Assembly (NCBI GenBank): GCA_964359785.1
Contig: CAYHWL010000001.1
Location: forward strand, 2,422 to 66,421
Length of the DNA stretch: 64,000 bases
Reading direction: 5' to 3'
DNA from: an uncultured Methanosarcinales archaeon
GTDB lineage: Archaea > Nanobdellota > Nanobdellia > Woesearchaeales > JAGWAF01
The notes below the pieces were generated by a model that searched no databases, was not told the origin of the DNA, and saw only the letters and a program-made list of their open reading frames with translations. Made by a program: the position numbers and the translations under genes. Of the stretch, positions 46,368 to 55,430 are shown piece after piece (the first letter of the stretch is position 1; each line of letters starts with the position of its first letter).

Positions 46368-47311
46368 GACCGCATGAGTCACAGGTCATTTTGGCATGCG
46401 CTGTTTCCTTGATTCTAGTCATGGCCTGCGGCAACATCTATAACACTGGCGTAGCGAAGTCTCCCGATATCTACTTAGGGACAGATGGTCTCACTGCCAG
46501 TTTTATCGCGAACACTCCTCCAGGTCAGGTCCTGGAGAATTCAAATTTCGAGATGCTTCTTGATGTTGCCAATCAGGGTGCATATGATATTGACCAGGCA
46601 TTCTTTTCGATTAGCTCAAATCCCGAATACCTGGACATCACGACCACAGAAGGTCAAAGAGTGCTTACGCTTCCTGGCAGGTCAGTTGAGAATCCAAGAG
46701 GGGAAAAATCCCTTCTTAGCCTCAAAGCCCATGCGAATCGTGTTTCAAAGACTAGTGCAGTGAGCACTCCTGTCTCACTGACGTTTTGTTATGCTTATCA
46801 GACTCATGCTACGCCTATAGTCTGCATTGACACCGATCCTGCTAATCAAAAGACGCAGATGAAAGCCTGTTCATTAGATTCCTCTTCCTCGACATCTCTA
46901 GGGGGTGGGCAAGGTGGTCCAATGACAGTCACAAGGGTCGAGACAAGCATGCTTTCTCATGATGATCCAGACCGGCTTATTCCCGATGTGAAGGTATTTA
47001 TCGCAAACCAAGGTAATGGAGACATTATTGATACCAGTCAAGTTGAACAATATTGTGGGGGATCCCCTTCCAAGAACGCGTTTAATATAGTGAATGTGAA
47101 AGTGAAATTACAGGAGGATTTCCTTTTGTGCAATAAGGAGGCGCTCACTTTAAAGACGCAAGATTCTAGCGAGAACTATATTGAATGTCAGTATCCGCAG
47201 GGCATAAACAAGAAGATCCCATCGTATTTGGCTCCGCTCTCTGTCACAATCGATTATGGTTACACGTTTACTGTCACAAAGATGATTTCTATCCAGCCAA
47301 AGAGCCGTTAA
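46364..47311 (+). CDS. lipoprotein-like secreted protein, paralog 1 of 3
   Basis: Lipobox-like LILVMACGN. Shared family motifs: CYAYQT…VCIDTDP…KAC…GGGQGGPMTV. Confidence 0.6.
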   Translation: MRPHESQVILACAVSLILVMACGNIYNTGVAKSPDIYLGTDGLTASFIANTPPGQVLENSNFEMLLDVANQGAYDIDQAFFSISSNPEYLDITTTEGQRVLTLPGRSVENPRGEKSLLSLKAHANRVSKTSAVSTPVSLTFCYAYQTHATPIVCIDTDPANQKTQMKACSLDSSSSTSLGGGQGGPMTVTRVETSMLSHDDPDRLIPDVKVFIANQGNGDIIDTSQVEQYCGGSPSKNAFNIVNVKVKLQEDFLLCNKEALTLKTQDSSENYIECQYPQGINKKIPSYLAPLSVTIDYGYTFTVTKMISIQPKSR

Positions 47312-47360
47312 GCCCATCTGTGTATTACCTAGGAGATACTGACCGGGAGCGCCAGTGAGA

Positions 47361-47516
47361 TTGTCAAAAGTTCGCGCCACCGATGATCACGCTCCAGCGC
47401 TCAACACAGGTGGCATGCTCCTGAGGACCTCAGGGTGCTTACTAAGCGAACTTTTGACTACCGAATGGAACCGGTTGCGAACCACCGGTGAGCACACTGG
47501 TGGAATGACTGTATTC
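47361..47516 (+). repeat. copy 2 of the structured repeat element of about 160 nt
   Basis: About 90% identical to 27120..27281. The 13-bp long-range stem is retained. A C-to-T change in the 9-bp hairpin converts a G-C pair to a G-U wobble. It ends about 25 nt upstream of a TATA box (atatttatatacta). Confidence 0.7.
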
Positions 47517-47571
47517 ACCACAGCCTGATGCATGGCAATATTTATATACTATATCGTCGGGGTTTAAGACC

Positions 47572-48504
47572 ATGAGATGGCTTGCCATGACCCTTGTCCT
47601 TGTCCTCTTGGTAGGATGTGGTGGAACTTCTACAGCTGAAAATCGGGGCAATGCTAATTTCCGCACTGGGACGACAGGTATTCTCATGCAGTTCATGCCT
47701 AATCTTCCTCCAGTGAGACAATATGATGATCAAGAGTTCAACGTGCAGTTGAAAGTCTCCAATCTGGGCGCAAGCAATATCGGCTCGGCGAACGACCGTA
47801 TCTATCTGTCAGGTTTTGACCCAAGCATTATCACAGGTGTCTCAAGTTTTGGCGAGGCCATTCCTAAGTTGGAGGGCAAGACACAGTTCAATGTCCAGGG
47901 CACATATGGTTTTGTGAGCTTCAAGGGTGTGCCAAGATCTTTAGCTTCCAAGAAGATCGATAAATACCCATTTACTCTCATAGCTACAGCATGTTACAAT
48001 TATCAGACTATCGCCCAAGGCACTGTCTGTATTGATCCGGATCCTTTTTCGACCACACTAAAACAGAAGGCTTGCGTCCCGACGACAACGACTATGGGGG
48101 GCTCTCAAGGTGGTCCGATTGCGGTTAGCGGCACGACGGTAGAGCCTTCTCCAGGCCGGACAAGATTTCGCATAGATATCACAAACAGCGGAGGCGGTCT
48201 CGTGTATAAATTTGGGCCTGAATTCTCGCAGAAATGCTCGCCGTATGACCAGAAGGGATTGATGTATAACGAGATTGATGCTATTAGGTTGGACCGTGTC
48301 GAGATAGCGGGAACAAATATCCTGCCCAGCTGTAAACCTCTCGATCAAGGGTTTGTGAGACTATATAGTGGCAGGGGAAGTATCACCTGTGAATATGTCT
48401 CGCAAAGGACTGCGGCCGCTTTCGTGACCCCCCTCCTGGTGGAACTGTCGTATGGCTACCAACAGACTCTTCAGACTAGTGTTGAGATTGATTCCTCCAG
48501 GTAG
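47572..48504 (+). CDS. lipoprotein-like secreted protein, paralog 2 of 3
   Basis: LLVGCGG lipobox. Motifs CYNYQT…VCIDPDP…KAC…GGSQGGPIAV. Confidence 0.6.
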   Translation: MRWLAMTLVLVLLVGCGGTSTAENRGNANFRTGTTGILMQFMPNLPPVRQYDDQEFNVQLKVSNLGASNIGSANDRIYLSGFDPSIITGVSSFGEAIPKLEGKTQFNVQGTYGFVSFKGVPRSLASKKIDKYPFTLIATACYNYQTIAQGTVCIDPDPFSTTLKQKACVPTTTTMGGSQGGPIAVSGTTVEPSPGRTRFRIDITNSGGGLVYKFGPEFSQKCSPYDQKGLMYNEIDAIRLDRVEIAGTNILPSCKPLDQGFVRLYSGRGSITCEYVSQRTAAAFVTPLLVELSYGYQQTLQTSVEIDSSR

Positions 48505-48543
48505 ACCCTGGCGTTGGCATGAGAAACATTTTTATACGTCGAT

Positions 48544-49497
48544 TTGGCTTGTTCCTGCATGGATACTCGCCTATTGAATGTGTTATGTGTTGTCGCCATC
48601 ATATCCCTGGCTGGATGTACTACCCAGCAAGGTCCCTCGCCTTCTGCGGCATATATAGGTGGCCAGAATGGTTTTATGGTGGAGTTCCAGGCTGACGCTC
48701 CTCCAAAGGAGGTGTTTGATGGCGGAAGATATCCGTTCACCGCGGTTGTCAAGATTCAAAATGACGGCGAGTTTAGCGTCACAAAAGATAAGGTGAGAGT
48801 GACTCTCACTGGCGTCAAGGCGGAAGAGTTTTCAGTGACTCCAAATGACCTTACTAAATCCCCGACAGACGATATGACTGCTAAGAGGAAGGATGCGGCA
48901 GGCAATGTAATCCCAAGCAATCCTTTCTTTATGGAATTCAAGAACCTAAATCATGTCCAACCTATCGCAGGTTCTGCGCTAGAGTATCCGCTTAGGGCAG
49001 ATGTATGTTATAATTATGGGACCACCGGCACAGCCAAACTATGTAGCAGGTCCAGTATCCTCAATCCTGCGCCAAACGGGATCTGTGTCATCAATGAAGG
49101 TAAGTCCGTGAGCAATTCAGGCTCTCCAGTCCAGATAACCTCTTTGATTGAGACTCCAAGGGCGGCTGATAAGGTCGCTTTCACTTTCAAGGTCCAGCAT
49201 GTGGGCAAAGGCCTTCTCTATAGGAGAGGCACTTGGTGTGACAAATCCCAAGTGGTCAGGATCAATGAACAGAAAGTCTATGTGAAAGTCAGAGAGCCGC
49301 TAGGCGTTGAATGTGTTGGTTTATCCGGCACGACCCCAAGCGAGGGTGAAGTGACCCTCTTTGAAGGGCAGAACACTGTCACATGCACCGTGCCATTGGC
49401 AAGGCCGGGAGACTTTGAGTTCCCGGTTGTGATAGACCTTAACTATGATTATGAGGATAGCGTAAGCACTTCATTTGTGGTCAAACACGCTGAATGA
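48544..49497 (+). CDS. lipoprotein-like secreted protein, paralog 3 of 3
   Basis: ISLAGCTT lipobox. CYNYGT…LC…GICVINEG, a diverged member of the same family. Confidence 0.6.
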   Translation: MACSCMDTRLLNVLCVVAIISLAGCTTQQGPSPSAAYIGGQNGFMVEFQADAPPKEVFDGGRYPFTAVVKIQNDGEFSVTKDKVRVTLTGVKAEEFSVTPNDLTKSPTDDMTAKRKDAAGNVIPSNPFFMEFKNLNHVQPIAGSALEYPLRADVCYNYGTTGTAKLCSRSSILNPAPNGICVINEGKSVSNSGSPVQITSLIETPRAADKVAFTFKVQHVGKGLLYRRGTWCDKSQVVRINEQKVYVKVREPLGVECVGLSGTTPSEGEVTLFEGQNTVTCTVPLARPGDFEFPVVIDLNYDYEDSVSTSFVVKHAE

Positions 49498-49603
49498 AGG
49501 TTTTATTCTTTCTTCTTTTGTTTCTTTCCCCTCCAATTCCTTCTCAACGGTCATAGAAATTCCAATCCAAACGTTTAAATTGCGATCCTGTGTCCGGGTT
49601 ATT

Positions 49604-50563
49604 ATGGAGCTCTCTATATGGACTGAAAAGTACCGTCCAAAGGAATTTAGCGACGTGCACGGACAAGACGAGATCGTGCAGAAAGTGAAGGCTTTTGTGG
49701 AGCAGAAAAACATGCCTCACTTGCTTTTGGTAGGTCCCGCAGGTGTTGGCAAGACGTCGCTATCGCTAGTCATCGCAAAAAAACTCTTTGGTGATGCCTG
49801 GCGCGAAAATCTTTTGGAGCTCAACGCTTCTGATGAGCGTGGTATCGATGTGGTCAGGGTGAAAGTGAAAGACTTCGCAAGGACAAGAGCCATTGGCGAT
49901 GTCCCTTTCAAGATCATCCATATGGATGAATGTGACGCGCTCACAAGAGAAGCTCAGCAAGCCCTAAGGCGCACGATGGAAAACTACGCCCAGACTTGCA
50001 GGTTCATCCTTAGCGCGAACTATTCTTCAAAGATCCTTGATCCGATACAATCCAGATGCGCGGTTTTCAGGTTCAAGCCTCTAAAGAAAGAGGATATATT
50101 CAGTATTATGGATAAGGTGGCCTCACAAGAAGGCCTTTCCTTAGCTGGCGATGCCAAAGATGCCTTATTCGAAGTCTGCGATGGAGATTGCAGGCGTTTG
50201 GAGAATATCCTTCAGTCATGCGCCGCAATGAGCAAGACCATCACGGCAGAATCTGTCTTTTCCATGGCAAGTGTGGCTAGGCCTAAAGAGATCAGGGAAG
50301 TTTTGGACTTGGCCTTGGCAAACAAGTTCCAGGATGCCAAAAAACGCCTTCTCGAAGTCCTCCTCAACTATTCCTTGAGCGGCACAGATGCTATCAAGCA
50401 GATAGAGCAAAAGATCTGGGATCTGGATATTTCTGATAAGAAGAAGGTCCATCTCATCGATAGATGTGGTGAGATCGAGTTTAGGATGACTGAAGGATCT
50501 GACGAGATCTTGCAACTCGAAGCATTCCTAGCACAAGTGACCGCGGCAGGATTAAAGGACTAA
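49604..50563 (+). CDS. rfcS: replication factor C small subunit
   Basis: WTEKYRPKEFSDV…, Walker A GPAGVGKTS, DECD box and SRC motif. The start is taken at MELSIW. No intein. Confidence 0.9.
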   Translation: MELSIWTEKYRPKEFSDVHGQDEIVQKVKAFVEQKNMPHLLLVGPAGVGKTSLSLVIAKKLFGDAWRENLLELNASDERGIDVVRVKVKDFARTRAIGDVPFKIIHMDECDALTREAQQALRRTMENYAQTCRFILSANYSSKILDPIQSRCAVFRFKPLKKEDIFSIMDKVASQEGLSLAGDAKDALFEVCDGDCRRLENILQSCAAMSKTITAESVFSMASVARPKEIREVLDLALANKFQDAKKRLLEVLLNYSLSGTDAIKQIEQKIWDLDISDKKKVHLIDRCGEIEFRMTEGSDEILQLEAFLAQVTAAGLKD

Positions 50564-50593
50564 ATTAATAAGATATTACCTATTTCTCTGTCC

Positions 50594-51481
50594 ATGGGCG
50601 AACTCACTCTTGAGATCACGAACAACTGTCCGCTTTATTGCGTCCATTGTTCGACCAGAGCATCACGCCAAGGCGACGTCTACTGGTCACTAGAAGACGT
50701 GGAACATTACACCAAAAAATATGATCACCATCAAGATATCCGTCTCTCGGGGGGAGAACCTTTCCAGCATCCGCAATTAGAAGATATCGTCAAGTATCTC
50801 CACAACCAAGGCAAGTCAGTCACTATTCTCTCAAGTGGTGTGACCAATTTCGGTGAGAATGAACTCGGAGCAAGACCCTTAACCAAGACAACCCTAAGAA
50901 GAGTCAAGCCTTTTATCAAGGAGATTGTCTTCTCAATGCAAGGTCATTATGACTCCCATGATAGGATTGTCATATCAGATCATAACCCGTATAGGCATCC
51001 GCCCTATTGGGATATACTGCTAGACTCAACAGAGCCAGTCCAAGAGCTCAATATCCCATTCTCCTTCCACACCGTCTTGATGAAATCCAACATAGATTCC
51101 ATCCCTGATATCCTTCGTGATGTCGCTTTGTTCGGTTACCATCATGGAAGGTGTGTTCGCCTCATGCATCTTCACCTCCTAAGGTTCGTCAAGCAAGGGC
51201 GTGGAAAAAAGAATGACAAGGAAGCATTGGAGCCAAAAGACTTCCAAAGAGTGCAAAAAATGATAGATGATTTCCAAGAGACTATTGATTCAGGGCAGCA
51301 TTTTCTCTTTCAGCCTGGGAAATACATTTATGTCACCCAGACCAATTCTATTCACTCAAGCGGATGTGATTGTGGCACAGCCAAATCTGTGGTTACTTAC
51401 GATAAAGAGGAGATCCCTTGCAGTGCGATGAAGAGATTCAAGGGGGTTCCAAAACCGTTCATGTGCAGGCATAGACTCTAA
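50594..51481 (+). CDS. radical SAM domain protein (unassigned subfamily)
   Basis: CPLYCVHC (Cx3Cx2C) at residues 12-19 and a GGEP motif. 295 aa. Confidence 0.75.
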   Translation: MGELTLEITNNCPLYCVHCSTRASRQGDVYWSLEDVEHYTKKYDHHQDIRLSGGEPFQHPQLEDIVKYLHNQGKSVTILSSGVTNFGENELGARPLTKTTLRRVKPFIKEIVFSMQGHYDSHDRIVISDHNPYRHPPYWDILLDSTEPVQELNIPFSFHTVLMKSNIDSIPDILRDVALFGYHHGRCVRLMHLHLLRFVKQGRGKKNDKEALEPKDFQRVQKMIDDFQETIDSGQHFLFQPGKYIYVTQTNSIHSSGCDCGTAKSVVTYDKEEIPCSAMKRFKGVPKPFMCRHRL

Positions 51482-51522
51482 GAATAAATCAAGAAAAAAA
51501 CCAAGAGATAGGAAAAAAGGAT

Positions 51523-51786
51523 CTAGATGATATCTTCTTCAGAGATGACCATAAAGTCTCCGATTGCGATGACGGCTGAGAATGGGACAAGCAGATTTCC
51601 TTCTTTATCTTTCTCAAGCTCTAATTTCTCACAGTAATTTGTTGGATTGATAAGGACCATATGGATGAGTTCACCGCTTCTTGTCTCGAATATCACATCG
51701 CCTACTTCGCCGAATCTCTTTCCTGTCTTTGACACGATTGTTTTGCCGATGATCTGTTTTGAGAATTTTTTATCTTCTTCAGCCAT
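51523..51786 (-). CDS. PRC-barrel domain protein
   Basis: 87 aa. GKTIVSKTGKRFGEVGDVIFETRSGELIHMVL pattern. Confidence 0.6.
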   Translation of the reverse strand: MAEEDKKFSKQIIGKTIVSKTGKRFGEVGDVIFETRSGELIHMVLINPTNYCEKLELEKDKEGNLLVPFSAVIAIGDFMVISEEDII

Positions 51787-51963
51787 GCACTCTCGATGCT
51801 TGATTAGCGTATATAAACTTTTCTGTGTATAGCCTATTTAGGTTCACTGGATGGGGGTTACCAAAATCCATATTTCAGATGGATCTTGATGGCCTAACTA
51901 CTTATCCGTGACGCAGTGCGTATCTTCTTAAAGCCGATCTAGGCTTTGGCATAATCTTTATAA

Positions 51964-53127
51964 GTGACTGGCATGGGTAAAGTTTTGATGGCTACAAGGG
52001 AAGAGTACGACAAGATGATGTTCTCATATGGCCTTAATTTGCAGGATCTCGAAGAACAGAATAGATATCTCAAAGAGACTGTCGATAACCTGAAAGTTGA
52101 GATTGAGCGCTACAGGAAAAAACCATTGCTGGTCTGTAAGATCAAGGAGATCCACAATGGTGATGCGTTGGTCCGTCTTCCTAACGGGAACGAATTTCTG
52201 GTGGGCATCGCAGAGAGCCTCTTGAATCTTGAACCCGGTGATACCGTTCTTGCGGAGCAGAAGAATCTTACTATCCTCTCAAAGATCGAGGCGCCAAAGC
52301 GTTTTGAGGTCGAGAAATTTGTGATCATCGAGAAGCCGCAAGTGGATTGGACTAGCGTTGGCGGTCTTAAAGACCAAGAGCGAGAGCTAAAAGAAGTAAT
52401 TGAGCTTCCCCTCCTAAAGCCGGATCTGTTCAAGAAGGTCGGTATTCATCCTCCAAAAGGTGTCCTCTTGCATGGTCCACCTGGCACAGGAAAGACTCTC
52501 CTTGCCAAGGCCGTAGCTTCAAGCACAAAGTCTACTTTTATTGAGATTGTAGGGAGCGAATTGGTCCAGAAATTCATCGGTGAAGGGGCTAAGATGGTCA
52601 AGGAGGTCTTCGATCTTGCTAGGCAAAAAGCACCAAGCGTCATTTTCATCGATGAGATCGATGCTATCGCGGCGACTAGGATGGATGTTGGCACAAGCGG
52701 CGAGAGGGAAGTGCAAAGGACTTTCATGCAGCTTCTGGCGGAGATCGATGGTTTCAAATCTTTGGATAATGTCAAGATCATCGGTTGCACTAACAGGAGG
52801 GATATCTTGGACACTGCGATCATCAGGCCAGGCCGTCTAGACCGTCTCATCTATGTCCCTAATCCTACGATTGAAGGGAGGATGGAGATCCTGAATATCC
52901 ATACAAAGGATATGTCGCTTGACAAAGGTATCAGTCTAAATGAAGTTGCCGCCCAGACTGACAAATTCAGCGGAGCTGAGTTGAAAGCCATCTGCACGGA
53001 AGCAGGTTATTTCGCGATCAGAAAAAACAAGACTAAAGTCAACAAAGAGGATTTCAACAATGCGATTGAGAAGATCAAAGAGGACAAACGTATGGAGTCC
53101 ACCGAATACAAGAGCATGTTTGGTTGA
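51964..53127 (+). CDS. pan: proteasome-activating nucleotidase PAN (AAA+ ATPase)
   Basis: N-terminal coiled coil, Walker A GPPGTGKTLLAKAVA, Walker B and SRH motifs. Confidence 0.9.
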   Translation: MTGMGKVLMATREEYDKMMFSYGLNLQDLEEQNRYLKETVDNLKVEIERYRKKPLLVCKIKEIHNGDALVRLPNGNEFLVGIAESLLNLEPGDTVLAEQKNLTILSKIEAPKRFEVEKFVIIEKPQVDWTSVGGLKDQERELKEVIELPLLKPDLFKKVGIHPPKGVLLHGPPGTGKTLLAKAVASSTKSTFIEIVGSELVQKFIGEGAKMVKEVFDLARQKAPSVIFIDEIDAIAATRMDVGTSGEREVQRTFMQLLAEIDGFKSLDNVKIIGCTNRRDILDTAIIRPGRLDRLIYVPNPTIEGRMEILNIHTKDMSLDKGISLNEVAAQTDKFSGAELKAICTEAGYFAIRKNKTKVNKEDFNNAIEKIKEDKRMESTEYKSMFG

Positions 53128-53506
53128 GCCGTTTCTTGCACTACCTTTTTAACCTCCCTTCCCATCAGTTGTACGTGCACGATGACCGCGTGAACACCCG
53201 ATGAGGCGAGAGCCCGTGACTTACGGATGTAACTGGAGAGTGCACTTTCCTGATCCAAAGCAATATCAGAAGAGATTTATCGATTATGCCCGCTTGTGGC
53301 GTAACATATTAACAGGACAGGTTCGAGGCATCTGTATAATCCATTACAATCCCAATATGCGCAAGAGGGTGCTCACAGACTGGTTTGGGGATATCCCGAT
53401 AGAGTCCACATTAAAGAAAGCAGGTTACAAGATCAAGAACCTTCACCTGCCAAATAGCAGAGTATCGACTGTCTACGCCAAATATATTAATCCTTGTAAC
53501 CACTAT

Positions 53507-54337
53507 TCATTGACAAATCAAATCCACACACACCCTAAACACGTGTGGTTTGTATGCTCCGCATTTATAGACCCCAGTTGACTTGACAATTCTTCCAAGC
53601 CCTTTGCATATTTCGACAATCCGCGCAGCCTCCAAAGCAAATTCTTCTTCATGCGCAAATGAGTATAGATGTACGATTCCTCCTTTCTTGACTGCAGGAA
53701 GCCCGACATCCAGAAATTCAGGTGCATCCTTAGGTAGCGCCATTATCACTCGATCAAACGCTCCAAGTTTAGGCACAACCTTGCGTACGTCCCCCAGATG
53801 ATTTATGACATTGGAAAGTCGATTCAACTCCTTGTTAATTTCAGCGTACTTATGTCCGATAGCGTTCAACTCAACTCCTTCCACTATACACAGTTTCTGC
53901 GCCCGTCCAATCACCATCTGGTATGGTCCGCATCCAGAGAACATTACTAAGACCCGTTCTCCAGGCATGACCATTTTTGCGATCCGCAATCTTTCAGAGG
54001 ATAATCGCGGAGAGAAAAACACTTTCTCCGCGTGTAATCGTATCTTCACGCCGCTTTCAAAATAATCCGCTTCTTTCGTCCGTTTTCCGGCTATCACTTT
54101 GAGTTTCTGCGTCCGATATGTCCCGCCATGTATTCCATTTTTCATGCAGACAGTACGGACTCCAGGATGGGCAGAAAGTAACGTCTCTCCAATCAGTTTG
54201 GCCTTCTTCAATAGTGTCGAAGGCACCTCGATGATTATCAGGTTTCCAAGCCGATCATATGAAGTGATCAACTCACCCAGCTCTTTGGGATTTAATTTCC
54301 CGGCTAGGGCGCTTTTGAGATCCTGTGGTTTGTCCAT
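53507..54337 (-). CDS. Met-10+ family tRNA methyltransferase (Trm5 m1G37 / Taw2-like)
   Basis: SAM-binding region and FDRVIMALPKDAPEFL (the NLP/NPPY-type motif of Trm5). Start moved to MDKPQDL (1 nt after the FEN1 stop). Confidence 0.75.
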   Translation of the reverse strand: MDKPQDLKSALAGKLNPKELGELITSYDRLGNLIIIEVPSTLLKKAKLIGETLLSAHPGVRTVCMKNGIHGGTYRTQKLKVIAGKRTKEADYFESGVKIRLHAEKVFFSPRLSSERLRIAKMVMPGERVLVMFSGCGPYQMVIGRAQKLCIVEGVELNAIGHKYAEINKELNRLSNVINHLGDVRKVVPKLGAFDRVIMALPKDAPEFLDVGLPAVKKGGIVHLYSFAHEEEFALEAARIVEICKGLGRIVKSTGVYKCGAYKPHVFRVCVDLICQ

Positions 54338-54338
54338 T

Positions 54339-55370
54339 TTAGTAGTCAAACAAACTTTTCTGTTTGGTCGATTCATTTGCTTCGTTTAGGTCCGATATCG
54401 TCTTCTCTACTCTATCAGCTGAAAAATCATGTCTATCGATTAGCAGTTTGCGTATCTTCTCGCCATCAGTCATATCCCATTTCAATTTATAATCATCAGT
54501 CACAGGCATATCTTTGAAAGTGTCAAATATCTCTTTCCAGGTGTGTTCGCTATGTTTTTGGAAGTCCACGTCCTTGAATAGTTCAGGATAATGCTCCCCG
54601 TTCAATTTGACAAGACGATATGCTTTTTTGGGTCCTATTCCATGCACTCCCCCATAATTGTAGTCTGTCCCAACAAGTATGGCTAGAGCGATCAATTGGT
54701 CATTTGATAATCCCAGTCGTTTCAGGTTACTGGCAAGCTCGATCAATGTAGGTTGCACTATCACGGTTCCCAATTTGGCTGTTTTCTTTCGTCGGCCTGC
54801 CGCGGACAGATTCTGTATGAGTTTGGGGCATCCGTAGAGCAAGGAATCATAATCTTGCGATACTGACGCCCAGGCGTGTCCTTTCTTGACCATGTATGCG
54901 GCCTGGGCTTCTCCTTCGCTTGGGGCCTGCACCCATGGCAATCCCAAGGCGTCAAGCAATTCCTGGCTTTCCTTGATTATTTCAGGTGTAAGAGACACGA
55001 TCCGGGACCCATACTTTTTCATCGATGCTACGTCCTTCTCCTTGATAGCCTCTTCATATTTCACCAATGCCTCATCTTTCAAGCCTCGTCTGCGTGCTCT
55101 TTCAGCCTCTTTTATCTTGGGAGGTTTTCCGTCAAAGACAAAGGCCAATTTTATCCCTTTGCACATGAAGTTCGCGCATCTAGAATGCAGGCCTATTAGA
55201 TGGCTAGTCACATTCCCATGTGAATCTGTGAAGGCCGCTCCATCAGGTTGCCTTATGGTTGTCAAGAATTGATACAGCATATTGAATCCATCGACAACAA
55301 GGGTTTTTGAGCGTAGGTCATCTACTTTGATTTCCTTGCTTTCAAATAGCTCCTTTAGGTTTACTCCCAT
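54339..55370 (-). CDS. fen: flap endonuclease FEN1
   Basis: MGVNLKEL… N-terminus. XPG-N and XPG-I domains with conserved acidic residues. C-terminal PIP-like tail. Confidence 0.9.
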   Translation of the reverse strand: MGVNLKELFESKEIKVDDLRSKTLVVDGFNMLYQFLTTIRQPDGAAFTDSHGNVTSHLIGLHSRCANFMCKGIKLAFVFDGKPPKIKEAERARRRGLKDEALVKYEEAIKEKDVASMKKYGSRIVSLTPEIIKESQELLDALGLPWVQAPSEGEAQAAYMVKKGHAWASVSQDYDSLLYGCPKLIQNLSAAGRRKKTAKLGTVIVQPTLIELASNLKRLGLSNDQLIALAILVGTDYNYGGVHGIGPKKAYRLVKLNGEHYPELFKDVDFQKHSEHTWKEIFDTFKDMPVTDDYKLKWDMTDGEKIRKLLIDRHDFSADRVEKTISDLNEANESTKQKSLFDY

Positions 55371-55430
55371 AGATGATGCTATGGACCCTTTCTTTATATG
55401 TATTGTCCATAGGATGCTTGATCAATCTTC

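Noticed and set aside
53340-53420. tRNA-like T-loop motif (GGTTCGAGG) in the pan / Trm5 intergenic region
   Set aside because: No complementary T-stem, acceptor stem or anticodon arm could be formed around it.
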